Part shown: positions 1 through 9,941 of the stretch, piece after piece
How the letters are laid out: each line of letters begins with the position of its first letter
Numbering within the stretch: the first letter of the stretch is position 1
Origin: an uncultured Candidatus Binatia bacterium
Lineage (GTDB): Bacteria > Desulfobacterota > Binatia > UBA9968 > JAJDTQ01
Reading direction: 5' to 3'
DNA: 64,000 bases
Assembly (NCBI GenBank): GCA_965261895.1
Contig: OZ253480.1
Span: 3,947,665-4,011,664 of the forward strand
Program-made: the position numbers and the translations under genes
Notes under the pieces: generated by a model
Database searches by the model: none
Told to the model about the DNA's origin: nothing
What the model saw: the letters and a program-made list of their open reading frames with translations, nothing else

Positions 1-1429
1 CAGCCAGCTCTATCTTACCGCGGAGGGCGTCTACGGACTTCCGATGCGGATCTCCGCCACCCTGGTCTTCAACTTCGTTCTCTTGGGCGCGTTCTTGAAG
101 GAGACGGGCGCGGGCCAGTTCTTCATTGACCTGGCGCTTTCGCTTTTCGGCCGCGTTCGTGGAGGGCCTGCCAAGGTCGCCGTCGTGGCGAGCAGCTTCT
201 TCGGGAGCATCTCGGGCAGTGCCGTGGCCAACGTGGTCGGTACCGGCTCCTTCACAATCCCATTGATGAAGAGCATCGGCTACCGACCCATCTTCGCTGG
301 AGCCGTCGAGGCCGTGGCCTCGTCGGGTGGGCAGATCATGCCGCCCATCATGGGAGCTGCTGCTTTCCTGATGGCCGAGCTTCTCGAAATCTCTTATTTC
401 ACCGTGGTCGTCGCGGCCCTGATTCCCGCGATTCTGTACTACGTGGCGGTCTTCTGCGCGGTGGATTTCGAGGCGGGCCGCGACCACCTGCAAGGCCTGG
501 CTCCAGAGCGCATCCCCTCATTCGGCACCCTGATGCGGACCCGCTGGTATTATCTCATCCCTCCCCTCACCTTGGTCTACCTGATGGGTGTGCAGAAGTA
601 CTCACCAAGCATGTCTGCGTTCTGGACTCTCTGGACCGCGGTCGCGGTCGGAATGATTCGTCCGGAGACCCGGATGGGCCCGAAAAAATTCTGGGAGACG
701 CTTCGAGGCGGAGCCCTCGCATCGCTCCCGATCGTGGCGGCCTGCGCCACCTCGGGGATCATTCTGGGGGTCATCAACCTGACCGGAATCGGCCTGCGGC
801 TCTCTTCCATCATGGTGAAGCTCGCCGGGGGGGAGATCCTCATCCTGCTGATCCTGACGATGATCACCTGCTTGATACTGGGGATGGGCCTGCCGGTGAC
901 CGCGGCGTATTTGATCCCGGCCATCATCGTGGGTCCCGCCCTGAACGAGATGGGCGTCCTCCCAATCGCGGGTCACCTGTTCATCCTCTATTTCGGCGTC
1001 ATCTCGAACATCACCCCGCCTTTCGCGCTGGCGGCCTACGCCGGTGCCGGAATCGCGAGATCCGATCCCTTCCGTACGGGGTTCCTCGCCTTTCGGCTCG
1101 GGGTGCCCGGCTTTATCCTTCCCTTCATGTTCGTATATTCCCCGTCCCTCATCATGCAGGGTCCCTGGCCGGAGATCCTGTTTGCGGTCGCGCCGGCCGT
1201 CGTCGGGGTCGTCTTCCTTTCCGCGTCGTTGACGGGCTATTTTTTGACCCATTGCACCACGCTGGAGCGCCTCCTCCTCTTGGCGGGGGCTTTGGTGCTC
1301 ATCCAACCCGGATGGGTGACCGATCTCGCCGGACTGGCGGTCGCCGCGCCCGTCCTCCGCTCGCAGTGGACGCGGCGAAATTCGGCGTCGTCGATCGCCG
1401 GGGAGAAACAGAGTCCGTCTCTCCGATGA
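1..1429 (+). CDS. TRAP-type transporter permease (DctM-like/fused permease), 5'-partial (reading frame open to window start)
   Basis: ORF 44..1429 is open upstream to position 2 in the same frame. It is highly hydrophobic and polytopic, with motifs typical of TRAP large-permease/fused permeases (GAFLKETGAGQFFIDLA, SSFFGSISGSAVANV). Confidence 0.55.
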   Translation, partial: SQLYLTAEGVYGLPMRISATLVFNFVLLGAFLKETGAGQFFIDLALSLFGRVRGGPAKVAVVASSFFGSISGSAVANVVGTGSFTIPLMKSIGYRPIFAGAVEAVASSGGQIMPPIMGAAAFLMAELLEISYFTVVVAALIPAILYYVAVFCAVDFEAGRDHLQGLAPERIPSFGTLMRTRWYYLIPPLTLVYLMGVQKYSPSMSAFWTLWTAVAVGMIRPETRMGPKKFWETLRGGALASLPIVAACATSGIILGVINLTGIGLRLSSIMVKLAGGEILILLILTMITCLILGMGLPVTAAYLIPAIIVGPALNEMGVLPIAGHLFILYFGVISNITPPFALAAYAGAGIARSDPFRTGFLAFRLGVPGFILPFMFVYSPSLIMQGPWPEILFAVAPAVVGVVFLSASLTGYFLTHCTTLERLLLLAGALVLIQPGWVTDLAGLAVAAPVLRSQWTRRNSASSIAGEKQSPSLR

Positions 1430-1576
1430 CCCGTTGCCGCCGGCCGCTACCGACCCTTTCGCGGGAAACGCCGGTTGGGTGAAACGATGTCTCTCGAGGA
1501 GTGAAAGGCCGTGCCCGCGGCGAGAAGAGGACGATCGAGACGCCGCTCGGCTTCCAGGGAGCGCGACGGGTTGGTC

Positions 1577-1969
1577 TTACAGCAGCGTCACGCCTTCAAG
1601 CCGAGCCGCTTTCTCATCGAAGGTATAGAGGAAGTCGGCTCCGGCTCGTTCGGTTGCCGCCAGGATCATCAGGTCGGCAAAGCCCGCGCGGCCCGCGCGG
1701 TAGTGGGAGGCCGCGCGAGCCACATCATCCGCCGCTTCGATGGTTAGCCCCTCGGTCACTACCAGCTCTTCCAATACCGTCGCAATCTGGCCACGGGAAA
1801 AGCGGTAAGCACGTTCCAACACCCAGACAAGCTCAACCGCAACCTCGCGACAGATGTAGCCGGGAGCGTCCGCGGCGAGGGACTCCAGCAACGCCCGGGC
1901 GGCCTCTGCCCGCTCGACATCGTCGCGTACCAGATACCGGACGAGGACATTCGTATCGAGTGCGATCAT
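1577..1969 (-). CDS. vapC: PIN-domain toxin VapC
   Basis: 130 aa beginning MIALDTNVLVRYL, with PIN acidic residues. It overlaps the upstream antitoxin gene by 4 bp. Confidence 0.75.
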   Translation of the reverse strand: MIALDTNVLVRYLVRDDVERAEAARALLESLAADAPGYICREVAVELVWVLERAYRFSRGQIATVLEELVVTEGLTIEAADDVARAASHYRAGRAGFADLMILAATERAGADFLYTFDEKAARLEGVTLL

Positions 1970-2199
1970 CGCTCACAAGCCGCGTCGGCCACGGCCTGCT
2001 CCATTTCCTCGATGGTGACCGCAGGGCCGTCATGTCGCAGCGTTCCGAATAGTCGATTGATGGGACGCACGGGCATGATTCGCACCTCCCCCCCGGAGAT
2101 GACGTAACGTACCCGGTCCCCCGGCTGCAGACCGAGCACCTCGCGTACGGGCTTGGGCAGCGTGGTTTGGCCCTTTTTCGTGATGGAGGACTCTGTCAT
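1966..2199 (-). CDS. vapB: AbrB/SpoVT-type antitoxin VapB
   Basis: 77 aa with a SpoVT/AbrB swapped-hairpin motif (KKGQTTLPKPVREVLGL..GDRV) and a 4-bp overlap with vapC. Confidence 0.7.
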   Translation of the reverse strand: MTESSITKKGQTTLPKPVREVLGLQPGDRVRYVISGGEVRIMPVRPINRLFGTLRHDGPAVTIEEMEQAVADAACER

Positions 2200-2303
2200 G
2201 GCATAGTGTCCAATAGCCTTACTATCTACGCTTACTCCTTACATAATACAATAGGTAAGGATGTTTAGACCCTCCAGGACATTATCGTACGTCCTTGACA
2301 ATA

Positions 2304-2339
2304 CTCTATCATATGATAGAGTAAGACATATCATATAAG
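2304..2339. promoter_or_regulatory. AT-rich operator region: 18-bp perfect palindrome CTCTATCATATGATAGAG plus an ATCATAT half-site, immediately upstream of the RES/Xre operon
   Basis: The perfect inverted repeat is read directly at 2304-2321 in an AT-rich patch of a GC-rich genome. The same ATCATATGAT core recurs twice upstream of the second RES/Xre copy at 16448-16480. Confidence 0.5.
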
Positions 2340-2357
2340 ATATCGTGGTGATTATAG

Positions 2358-2774
2358 ATGGCAGATGTATTTCCATATCTTCGCGGGGCGAGCAACCCGA
2401 GGCCGCTTGGGGAACGCGGAAGGATTGCCGTTGTCGTAAAGGCCGTGGTGCGTGCAGCAGATGCCTGGGGGCTGACCAACGTCGAGGGCGCGTCGCTGTT
2501 CGACGTGCCGACAGCTACCTGGGGCCGCATGAAGGCCGGGAGCTACAGAGGAACCCTCGACCAGGACAAGGTGACACGCGCAAGTCTGATCATCGGTCTG
2601 TTCAACGGACTCGCGCTACTCTTCAACGGACCGCTGGCCTATGGCTGGCCGAAGGCTCCCAACACCGGACTAGGTTTTGACGGCAGGACACCGGTCCAGG
2701 TCATGTGCGATGGCGGCATCCCCGCCATGATGAAGGTTCGCCAGCACATCGATGCGCTGAGAGGCGGGGCATGA
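2358..2774 (+). CDS. Xre/MbcA/ParS-like antitoxin (DUF2384 toxin-binding domain) of a RES-Xre TA pair
   Basis: 138 aa. Its C-terminal region (DQDKVTRASLIIGLFNGL...GRTPVQVM..GGIPAMM) is typical of antitoxins paired with RES toxins. Its stop overlaps the toxin start (ATGA). Confidence 0.7.
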   Translation: MADVFPYLRGASNPRPLGERGRIAVVVKAVVRAADAWGLTNVEGASLFDVPTATWGRMKAGSYRGTLDQDKVTRASLIIGLFNGLALLFNGPLAYGWPKAPNTGLGFDGRTPVQVMCDGGIPAMMKVRQHIDALRGGA

Positions 2775-3484
2775 TCCGTGCGGCGGACCTTCCGGTCCGC
2801 GACGTCGTCGAGCCAGCGACCGTTCGGCTGGTCACCGCGGCCTACACGGAGAAGTCGGCAATGGCTCTACTGGCCGACGACCCGTCCGAGCTTGCCTTCC
2901 TGGAAGAGATCGAAGGCTTTACATCGGCCCTGACGCCTTCTGCGTCGGCGATCCCGGCCGGTATCCAACCCGGAGAATTGCTGACCGAGGCAGACGGCTA
3001 CGGTTGGCGCTACGTGAATGCTGCATTCTGCCACACGCGCCCCACGGGCAATCGTTTCAACGGCCCGGAACGCGGAGCCTGGTATGCGTCGTACGGGAAC
3101 CAGGCGACCGACACGGCGAAGGCCGAGGTCGCGTGGCATCTCACGCGCGAGCTTCGCGCCACCGGCATCTACGAAAACATCACGACATACAGGGAACTCC
3201 TGGCCGGCTTCATGAGCCACTTTCATGATTTCGGCGAGAGGACGGACGACGTGGTCTACAGCGGAGACCCTGAGGTGGTCTATCCCGCCGGACAGGCGCT
3301 GGCGCGGGACATCCTGGCAAGCGGCGGAAACGGGGTGCTTTACCCGTCCGCTCGGTATGAAGGTGGAAAATATCTGGCGGCGTTGCGGCCCAATCTCGTG
3401 CAGAACATCCGGGAAGGGGAGACCTGGGGGTTCAGATGGGCGGGGTCGGCGGAGGTGGAGATATTGAGGGTGGAGTCAACTTGA
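2771..3484 (+). CDS. RES-domain toxin (MbcT/ParT-like NAD+-targeting family)
   Basis: 237 aa from the internal start MIRAADLPVRD. RES-domain signature (R...E...S spacing; NRFNGPERGAWYASY...TGIYENITTYRELLAGF). It is translationally coupled to the upstream antitoxin. Confidence 0.75.
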   Translation: MIRAADLPVRDVVEPATVRLVTAAYTEKSAMALLADDPSELAFLEEIEGFTSALTPSASAIPAGIQPGELLTEADGYGWRYVNAAFCHTRPTGNRFNGPERGAWYASYGNQATDTAKAEVAWHLTRELRATGIYENITTYRELLAGFMSHFHDFGERTDDVVYSGDPEVVYPAGQALARDILASGGNGVLYPSARYEGGKYLAALRPNLVQNIREGETWGFRWAGSAEVEILRVEST

Positions 3485-3686
3485 TCCAGACTTGGAATGC
3501 GTGAGTGCCTGAGGGATTGAATCGGGCTGAATGCGGACAGCCGACCCACTTCTGCCACACAGAGGGTCAGTCGTCCTGGATTCACGGCACCGTTTTGATG
3601 TCAACAAGCGGTTGAGTCAAAGAAGGTGCACCGGTATCGTTACAATGAGTCTCACGCGCAGGCTGAGGGCCGGAGGGAGGTAGTCG

Positions 3687-4079
3687 ATGAGCGTTGAGGG
3701 GGCCAAGAAGCACATAGCACGAGCGAAAAAGCAGTTGGAAAGGGTTCAAACGGCGTGGTTCGACTCACAGGAGGCTGAGCAGGCGGTGACGTGGGGCTTC
3801 TATGCGTATGAGAACTGTGTGACCGCGCTTGCAGAGCGATACGGTTACCAGTGGACACCCAATCACCGCAAGAAGGCGGACCTCGCCCGAAGGCTCTACG
3901 ACGACGGACTGATTTCACGGGATGTCGGCGATGACCTTGAGGAATTTAACAGGCTCAGGAAGGACGTTGCGTACGGGGAGCCTGGCTACGATCTATTGGC
4001 GGTAGACCTTGAAGAACTCGTGAGTGAACTCGAAGAGTTCGTCGAAGAGGTGGAATCTCGTATTGGCTCTTCAAAATGA
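3687..4079 (+). CDS. HEPN-domain protein
   Basis: 130 aa, all-helical. Its stop overlaps the start of the following nucleotidyltransferase gene (4076/4079). HEPN plus NTase gene pairs are a recognised TA architecture. Confidence 0.55.
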   Translation: MSVEGAKKHIARAKKQLERVQTAWFDSQEAEQAVTWGFYAYENCVTALAERYGYQWTPNHRKKADLARRLYDDGLISRDVGDDLEEFNRLRKDVAYGEPGYDLLAVDLEELVSELEEFVEEVESRIGSSK

Positions 4080-4738
4080 GCGCCACGGTGGAAGACAGAA
4101 GCAGGCTGGTGCTGGCTGCCTTGGGCCACGCCGGGCTTGGGGACCGAGAGACGGTGGTTCTCGTCGGCTCCTGCGCCCGTGGCGTCACGAATTCGCGTAG
4201 TGACATAGACATCCTTGTTCTCTGTGATGATCGAAATCGTATTCGGCTGAAACGTCCGGGCGATATTCACCTGCAACAGAACAGCCGTTCACGTTTCCTC
4301 AAGCGACTAAAGGAGGGCGACGACTATCCGGCGTGGGCGTTGCGCTTTGGCATACCCATACACGATCCGGGTGGTTGGTGGGCCGAACAGGCAGCTTCGG
4401 AGGCTGCGACCCCTCATTGGCCGGATTGGCGCGCCAAGTTAGAGCACGCCAGAAAGCGTACGAGGATGGCGTCCGAGTTGCTTGAGGTTGAAGACTCGTA
4501 CGCGGCATCGGAGGAGTTATTGTTTGCAGCTAGCCACATAGCCAGAGCAACCCTCCTTAGAGCCGGCGTGTTTCCCCTCTCGCGACCAGAGTTGCCCTCG
4601 CAGTTGAAAGCTGTCGACCCGAACCTTGCCCGGTTGCTTGAATTGCTTATGACCGGCGACACGGATGCGGTTAATCTGCAGGAGGGTGAGTCGCTTGTCA
4701 TGCACCGGATCAAGGAGCTTTCCGATGAGCCTCGATAG
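4076..4738 (+). CDS. Nucleotidyltransferase (MNT-like) domain protein
   Basis: Pol-beta-type NTase motif GSCARGVTNSRSDIDILVLCDD (GS...D.D). A C-terminal helical extension follows. Confidence 0.65.
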   Translation: MSATVEDRSRLVLAALGHAGLGDRETVVLVGSCARGVTNSRSDIDILVLCDDRNRIRLKRPGDIHLQQNSRSRFLKRLKEGDDYPAWALRFGIPIHDPGGWWAEQAASEAATPHWPDWRAKLEHARKRTRMASELLEVEDSYAASEELLFAASHIARATLLRAGVFPLSRPELPSQLKAVDPNLARLLELLMTGDTDAVNLQEGESLVMHRIKELSDEPR

Positions 4739-4856
4739 CCGGACCTTCCAGCGTCTTGGCAGGTCACGCACCCCGATGCCATGACTAGGTCTCGGATGCA
4801 GACACCAGTTCTGCGTATCGGATAGGAGACTCCAGCAACGGGTTGGTTGTAGTGTC

Positions 4857-5510
4857 GTGACGAAGTCGAACGACAAATTGCGCGTTGAAATTGATCACCA
4901 ACAGTGGTCAAGCTTCTTCGATGAGTTGAAGTCGGAATCGGATCGGGGAGCGACGATTCTGGCCGGCGTGTGGATCGAGCAGTTGCTTGAACGCAAGCTC
5001 GCTACCTTGTTTACGGAAGGCAACTCGGATGCACGCAGGAGACTTTTCGACTTCAACGGGCCTTTCTCCGACTTCTCGTCCAAGATTCTTGCCGCATATT
5101 GTCTCGGCTGGATTGACTCGGACATCCACCACGATATTGATCTGGTTCGCAAGATCAGGAATCGCTTCGCCCATAGCCTCCATGGGTTGGATCTCGAAAG
5201 TCCACCGGTTCGACAGCTTATCGATGAATTTAAGGTTGCGGATCGTCACTACTACGATTGGACGGAGCTTCGAGCTGTCGCGACCGTGGATGGAAAAGGA
5301 TTCGTACTTTATACAGGCGAGCCACCGGAGGAAGCCGGAGACCCTTTGAAGATTCAGGCGTTTCGGTACAAATGGATCGTCAGCGTATTGGTCGCCGCGG
5401 TCGCGGCTAGTCTCGGCCTCGCTGTTCGGGATCAAGACCCCCAAACCGAAACCAATCCAGACCTAGGATCGGAACCGGACAGACCCGCACCGAAGACGAC
5501 GGGCGAGTGA
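4857..5510 (+). CDS. DUF4145-like (HEPN-family) protein with a C-terminal transmembrane helix, translationally coupled to hsdR
   Basis: An Rx4-6H HEPN-type motif (VRKIRNRFAHSLHG) and a hydrophobic C-terminal segment WIVSVLVAAVAASLGLAV. The stop overlaps the hsdR start (ATGA at 5507-5510). In many genomes DUF4145 is fused to the HsdR C-terminus. Confidence 0.4.
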   Translation: MTKSNDKLRVEIDHQQWSSFFDELKSESDRGATILAGVWIEQLLERKLATLFTEGNSDARRRLFDFNGPFSDFSSKILAAYCLGWIDSDIHHDIDLVRKIRNRFAHSLHGLDLESPPVRQLIDEFKVADRHYYDWTELRAVATVDGKGFVLYTGEPPEEAGDPLKIQAFRYKWIVSVLVAAVAASLGLAVRDQDPQTETNPDLGSEPDRPAPKTTGE

Positions 5511-8281
5511 GCGGAATGCTGAGCCCCAACCAGACCCCCGAACAGGCTGCCCGGGAAAGGATCGACGCGATGTTGTCCCACGCGGGCTGGGTCGTTCAGG
5601 ACAAGAAGAAGATCGACTTCAGCGTCAGCCTCGGGGTCGCCGTTCGCGAGTACCAGACTGATGTCGGTCCGGCGGACTACGTTCTCTTCGTCGACAAGAA
5701 GCCGGTTGGGGTCGTCGAGGCCAAGCCGAAGGTTTTGGGCCAGAAGATCACCACGGTCGAGGAACAATCCTCGGCCTACGCCGCCGCCAAGCTCAAGTGG
5801 GTGAACAATCGGGAGCCGCTGCCGTTCGTCTACGAGTCGACCGGCGTGTTGACCCGCTTCACCGATGGTCGCGATCCGAAGCCGCGGTCGCGTGAGGTGT
5901 TCTGCTTCCCTAGGCCGGAAATGGTTCAGGACTGGCGCGCCCAGCCGGCCTCGCTCCGTGAACGGCTCCAGGGGCTTCCGGTATTGGACCCGGCTGGCCT
6001 CCGGGCGTGCCAAATCAACGCCATCGAGAAGCTGGAGGCTTCCTTCAAGGATGATCGCCCGCGTGCCCTCATTCAGATGGCTACCGGCTCGGGCAAGACC
6101 TACACCGCCATTGGCTCCATCTACCGGCTGCTCAAGCACGCTGACGCCAAGAGGGTCCTGTTTCTCGTCGACACCAAGAATCTGGGCGAACAGGCCGAGC
6201 AGGAATTCATGGCCTATGTGCCCGGCGACGACAACCGCAAGTTCACCGAGCTTTATAACGTCCAACGCCTCAGGTCGTCCTTCGTCGCCAGGGACAGCCA
6301 TGTCTGTATCAGCACCATCCAGCGGGTGTACTCGCTCCTGAAGGGCCAGGAGTTGGACGAGTCCGCGGAGGAAACCAATCCGGAGGAGCTGGTTCAGCCC
6401 AAACAACCCATGCCGGTGGTCTACAATGAGAAGATTCCACCGGAGTTCTTCGACTTCATCATCATCGATGAGTGTCATCGGTCGATCTACAACCTCTGGC
6501 GTCAGGTCCTGGAGTATTTCGACGCCTATCTCATCGGCCTGACCGCTACACCGGACAGCCGCACCTACGGGTTCTTCAAGACCAACGTCGTCAGCGAATA
6601 CGACCACGAGCAGGCCGTCGCCGACGGCGTCAACGTGGGCAACGAGGTCTATGTCATCGATACGGAGAGGACCCGTCACGGCGGCCAGCTCAAGGCCAAC
6701 CAGCAGATTGAGAAGCGCGAGCGCCTGACTCGTCTGAGGCGCTGGCAAATACAGGAGGAGGACGCGACCTATGCCGGCAATCAGCTCGACCGCTCCGTAG
6801 TCAACCCGGATCAGATCCGCACCGTCGTCCGCACGTTCCGCGCCAAGCTGCCGGAGATATTCCCCGGCCGCAACGAAGTCCCGAAGACACTAGTCTTTGC
6901 CAAGACGGACAGCCACGCCGACGACATCATCCAGACCGTGCGCGAGGAGTTCGCCGAGGGCAACGAGTTCTGTAAGAAGATCACCTACAAGGTAGAAGAA
7001 GACCCGAAATCCGTCCTCGCGCAGTTCCGCAACGACTACTACCCGCGCATCGCCGTGACCGTGGACATGATTGCCACGGGCACGGACGTGAAGCCATTGG
7101 AATGCCTGCTCTTCATGCGCGACGTGCGGAGCCGCAACTACTTCGAACAGATGAAGGGCCGCGGCACCCGCACACTCGGCCACGATGATCTCAGGAAAGT
7201 CACCCCCTCGGCCCTCACCGCCAAGACCCACTACGTGATCGTGGACGCCGTGGGGGTCACCAAGTCGCTCAAGACCGTCAGCCAGTCGCTCATCACCAAG
7301 CCGTCCGTGCCGCTCAAGGATCTGGCCATGGGCGTGATGATGGGCGCTCGCGACGAAGACACAGTGAGCTCCCTGGCCGGCCGCCTCGCCCGGCTCAATC
7401 AACAACTCGATCCCGCGGAGCAGGAACGGATCAAGGCGAAGGCTGGGGGCACCGAGTTGACCGCTATCGTCGGCGATCTCCTGTCAGCCCTCGATCCTGA
7501 CCGCATCGACGAGAAGGCGCGCGAGATCGAGCCGGTGTTCGAAGGCGCCAGGCCCTCGCCAGTGGCTTACGACAAGGCGCGGGAACAGTTGGTCGGTGAC
7601 GCCGCGGCCGTGCTCAACGGGGAGTTGATCGAGTTGATCGACTCGATCCGCCGCGACAAGGAACAGACCATCGACCACGAGAGCCTGGACACCGTCCTGC
7701 GCGCCGAATGGGAGGGCGACGCCCAGGAGAACGCGAAGGCCATGGCCCAGGACTTCCAGACCTATCTGGAAGACCACCGCGACCGGATCGAAGCCCTGAC
7801 CATTTTCTACAGCCAGCCGCACCGCCGCCGCGACTTGACCTTCGTCATGATCCGAGAGGTCTTCGACAGGCTCAAGAGCGACCGCCCTCGATTGGCCCCA
7901 TTGCGAGTCTGGCAGGCCTACGCCCTGCTCGACGAATACAAAGGCGGTCAACCGGCCAGTGATTTGACGGCGCTGGTTGCCTTGATCCGCCGGGTCTGCG
8001 GCATTGACGCGACCTTATCGCCCTACGCGGAAACCGTGCGCCGCAATTTCCAGAACTGGATCATGACCCACCACAGCGGCGGCGGCGAGAAGTTCAACGA
8101 GGAGCAGATGGAGTGGCTCCGCATGATGCGGGACCACATCAGCCATTCCTTTCATCTGGAACGCAACGATCTCGACATGGCCCCGTTCGATGGCAAGGGC
8201 GGCATGGGCCGGATGTACAATCTGTTCGGCGACCGGATGGATGGCGTTATTGCTGAGTTGAATGAGGCGTTGGCGGGGTAA
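5507..8281 (+). CDS. hsdR: Type I restriction enzyme R subunit (HsdR)
   Basis: 924 aa. It has an N-terminal HSDR_N nuclease region (DYVLFVDKKPVGVVEAKP), helicase motif I ATGSGKTYTA, and motif II DECHRS. The hsdS start codon abuts its stop. Confidence 0.85.
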   Translation: MSGMLSPNQTPEQAARERIDAMLSHAGWVVQDKKKIDFSVSLGVAVREYQTDVGPADYVLFVDKKPVGVVEAKPKVLGQKITTVEEQSSAYAAAKLKWVNNREPLPFVYESTGVLTRFTDGRDPKPRSREVFCFPRPEMVQDWRAQPASLRERLQGLPVLDPAGLRACQINAIEKLEASFKDDRPRALIQMATGSGKTYTAIGSIYRLLKHADAKRVLFLVDTKNLGEQAEQEFMAYVPGDDNRKFTELYNVQRLRSSFVARDSHVCISTIQRVYSLLKGQELDESAEETNPEELVQPKQPMPVVYNEKIPPEFFDFIIIDECHRSIYNLWRQVLEYFDAYLIGLTATPDSRTYGFFKTNVVSEYDHEQAVADGVNVGNEVYVIDTERTRHGGQLKANQQIEKRERLTRLRRWQIQEEDATYAGNQLDRSVVNPDQIRTVVRTFRAKLPEIFPGRNEVPKTLVFAKTDSHADDIIQTVREEFAEGNEFCKKITYKVEEDPKSVLAQFRNDYYPRIAVTVDMIATGTDVKPLECLLFMRDVRSRNYFEQMKGRGTRTLGHDDLRKVTPSALTAKTHYVIVDAVGVTKSLKTVSQSLITKPSVPLKDLAMGVMMGARDEDTVSSLAGRLARLNQQLDPAEQERIKAKAGGTELTAIVGDLLSALDPDRIDEKAREIEPVFEGARPSPVAYDKAREQLVGDAAAVLNGELIELIDSIRRDKEQTIDHESLDTVLRAEWEGDAQENAKAMAQDFQTYLEDHRDRIEALTIFYSQPHRRRDLTFVMIREVFDRLKSDRPRLAPLRVWQAYALLDEYKGGQPASDLTALVALIRRVCGIDATLSPYAETVRRNFQNWIMTHHSGGGEKFNEEQMEWLRMMRDHISHSFHLERNDLDMAPFDGKGGMGRMYNLFGDRMDGVIAELNEALAG

Positions 8282-9871
8282 ATGTCACTAGGGGTTTCAC
8301 CGTTAGAAATCGTGGCGAAGGGCATTTATCATCTCCTCGCCAAAGCGGATCACTGGAAGCGTGTTTTCGTGTCCGAAGTCGCTCACGTGCAGAACGGCTT
8401 CGCGTTCAAATCCTTGTACTTTGATCCCGACCACGGGGTTCCACTCGTTCGCATCCGCGACATCTCCAAAGAAGAAACAGAACACCGGTATTTTGGGGAA
8501 TTCGATGACCAGTACTTGATAGAGAAGGGCGACATTCTTGTCGGAATGGACGGCGATTTCGCCGTGTCCCGATGGAGGGGTGGCAAGGCACTTCTAAATC
8601 AACGTGTATGCAAGGTCACAGTAACAAGTGATCGCTTTGATGAACGCTTTTTGTTCCTTTGCCTACAGCCTTTTCTGGACGCAATTAACGCCGAGACGTC
8701 GTCAGTAACCGTAAAGCATCTTTCTTCAAAGACTGTCGACGAAATTCCATTGCCCCTGCCGCCACTCGCGGAACAGCACCGCATCGTCGCCAAGATCGAA
8801 GAACTCTTCTCGGAACTCGACAAGGGCATCGAGACCCTGAAGACGGCACGCAGGCAGCTTGAAGTCTATCGACAGTCTGTCCTGAAGCACGCCTTCGAAG
8901 GGAAGCTCACGGCGCAATGGCGCGAAGAGAACAAGGACAAGCTTGAGACGCCTGAGCAATTGTTGGCTCGCATCAAGAAGGAGCGGGCGGCGCACTATGA
9001 GCGGCAACTCCAGGAGTGGAAGGCTAATGCCAACAGAGGGGAAAGGACTATCAGACGCAGTTTGGCTTCCAGGCCTGCCAAGCTGAAAGATGTTGCGCGA
9101 TTATCGCTCGAGGAGACGGAGACGCTTTCACCTCTCCCGGGTGGTTGGTCATATGTGCGGTTGGGTTTGGTGATCGACGAGCCCAAATACGGCACTTCCA
9201 AGAAATGTGACTACAATTTCGAGGGAACGGGGGTTCTAAGGATCCCTAACGTCGTCCGCGGCCTCATTGATGACGCTGATTTAAAGGGTGCTTGCTTTGA
9301 AGACGATGAGAAATGGGCCTACTCTTTGAGAAGCGGCGATATTCTGATGATCCGGTCCAACGGCAGCATTTCGATAGTTGGGAAGTGTGCGCTGGTCTCC
9401 AGTGCAGAGCAACGGTATCTGTATGCAGGATACCTAATTCGCATTCGCCCCAACCCCGCCGTGGTGCTTCCGGAATACCTTGCCGTGCTCATATCTAGTC
9501 ATCCGGTACGAGTTCAGATCGAAGGCTTTGCGAAATCGACGAGCGGCGTGAACAACATAAACTCTGGTGAAATCCAGTCATTGATCGTGCCATTGTGCCG
9601 TGTACAAGAACAACAGGAGATGGTTGCGCAGTTGTCCGCGATGATCTCGGGGATGGACGCGACTACCACCGAGATCGACGAACAGTTGCGTACAACCGAT
9701 ACGCTCCGTCAAGCGGTCCTGAAGAAAGCCTTCGCCGGTCAACTAGTCCCCCAAGACCCCGGCGATGAGCCTGCTTCTGTTCTTCTGGAGAAGATCAGGA
9801 CGGAGCGGGCGAAGGCCGGCAAGGGCGGCCCAACCGCCAGAAGAAACAAAAAGGCGAAGACTGCGGCATGA
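8282..9871 (+). CDS. hsdS: Type I RM specificity subunit (HsdS), two target-recognition domains
   Basis: 529 aa. It has a duplicated TRD architecture and conserved central and C-terminal coiled-coil repeats (LPPLAEQHRIVAKIEELF; LRQAVLKKAF). GC content is lower than the surrounding genes. Confidence 0.8.
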   Translation: MSLGVSPLEIVAKGIYHLLAKADHWKRVFVSEVAHVQNGFAFKSLYFDPDHGVPLVRIRDISKEETEHRYFGEFDDQYLIEKGDILVGMDGDFAVSRWRGGKALLNQRVCKVTVTSDRFDERFLFLCLQPFLDAINAETSSVTVKHLSSKTVDEIPLPLPPLAEQHRIVAKIEELFSELDKGIETLKTARRQLEVYRQSVLKHAFEGKLTAQWREENKDKLETPEQLLARIKKERAAHYERQLQEWKANANRGERTIRRSLASRPAKLKDVARLSLEETETLSPLPGGWSYVRLGLVIDEPKYGTSKKCDYNFEGTGVLRIPNVVRGLIDDADLKGACFEDDEKWAYSLRSGDILMIRSNGSISIVGKCALVSSAEQRYLYAGYLIRIRPNPAVVLPEYLAVLISSHPVRVQIEGFAKSTSGVNNINSGEIQSLIVPLCRVQEQQEMVAQLSAMISGMDATTTEIDEQLRTTDTLRQAVLKKAFAGQLVPQDPGDEPASVLLEKIRTERAKAGKGGPTARRNKKAKTAA

Positions 9872-9941
9872 ACACTGCCCTCATCGTGCTCCCCGCCTAT
9901 TATGCCACCCGGCCCCACGTGCACGACGCCAAGGTAACGGT

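Noticed and set aside
602-1306. 234-aa highly charged minus-strand ORF
   Set aside because: It is antisense to the TRAP permease gene and is a low-complexity RD/EE-rich translation typical of GC-rich antisense frames.
3485-3686. Sigma70-like promoter (TTGAGT ... TTACAAT) upstream of the HEPN gene
   Set aside because: The spacing between the candidate -35 and -10 hexamers is ~22 nt, which is too long. I left it uncalled.
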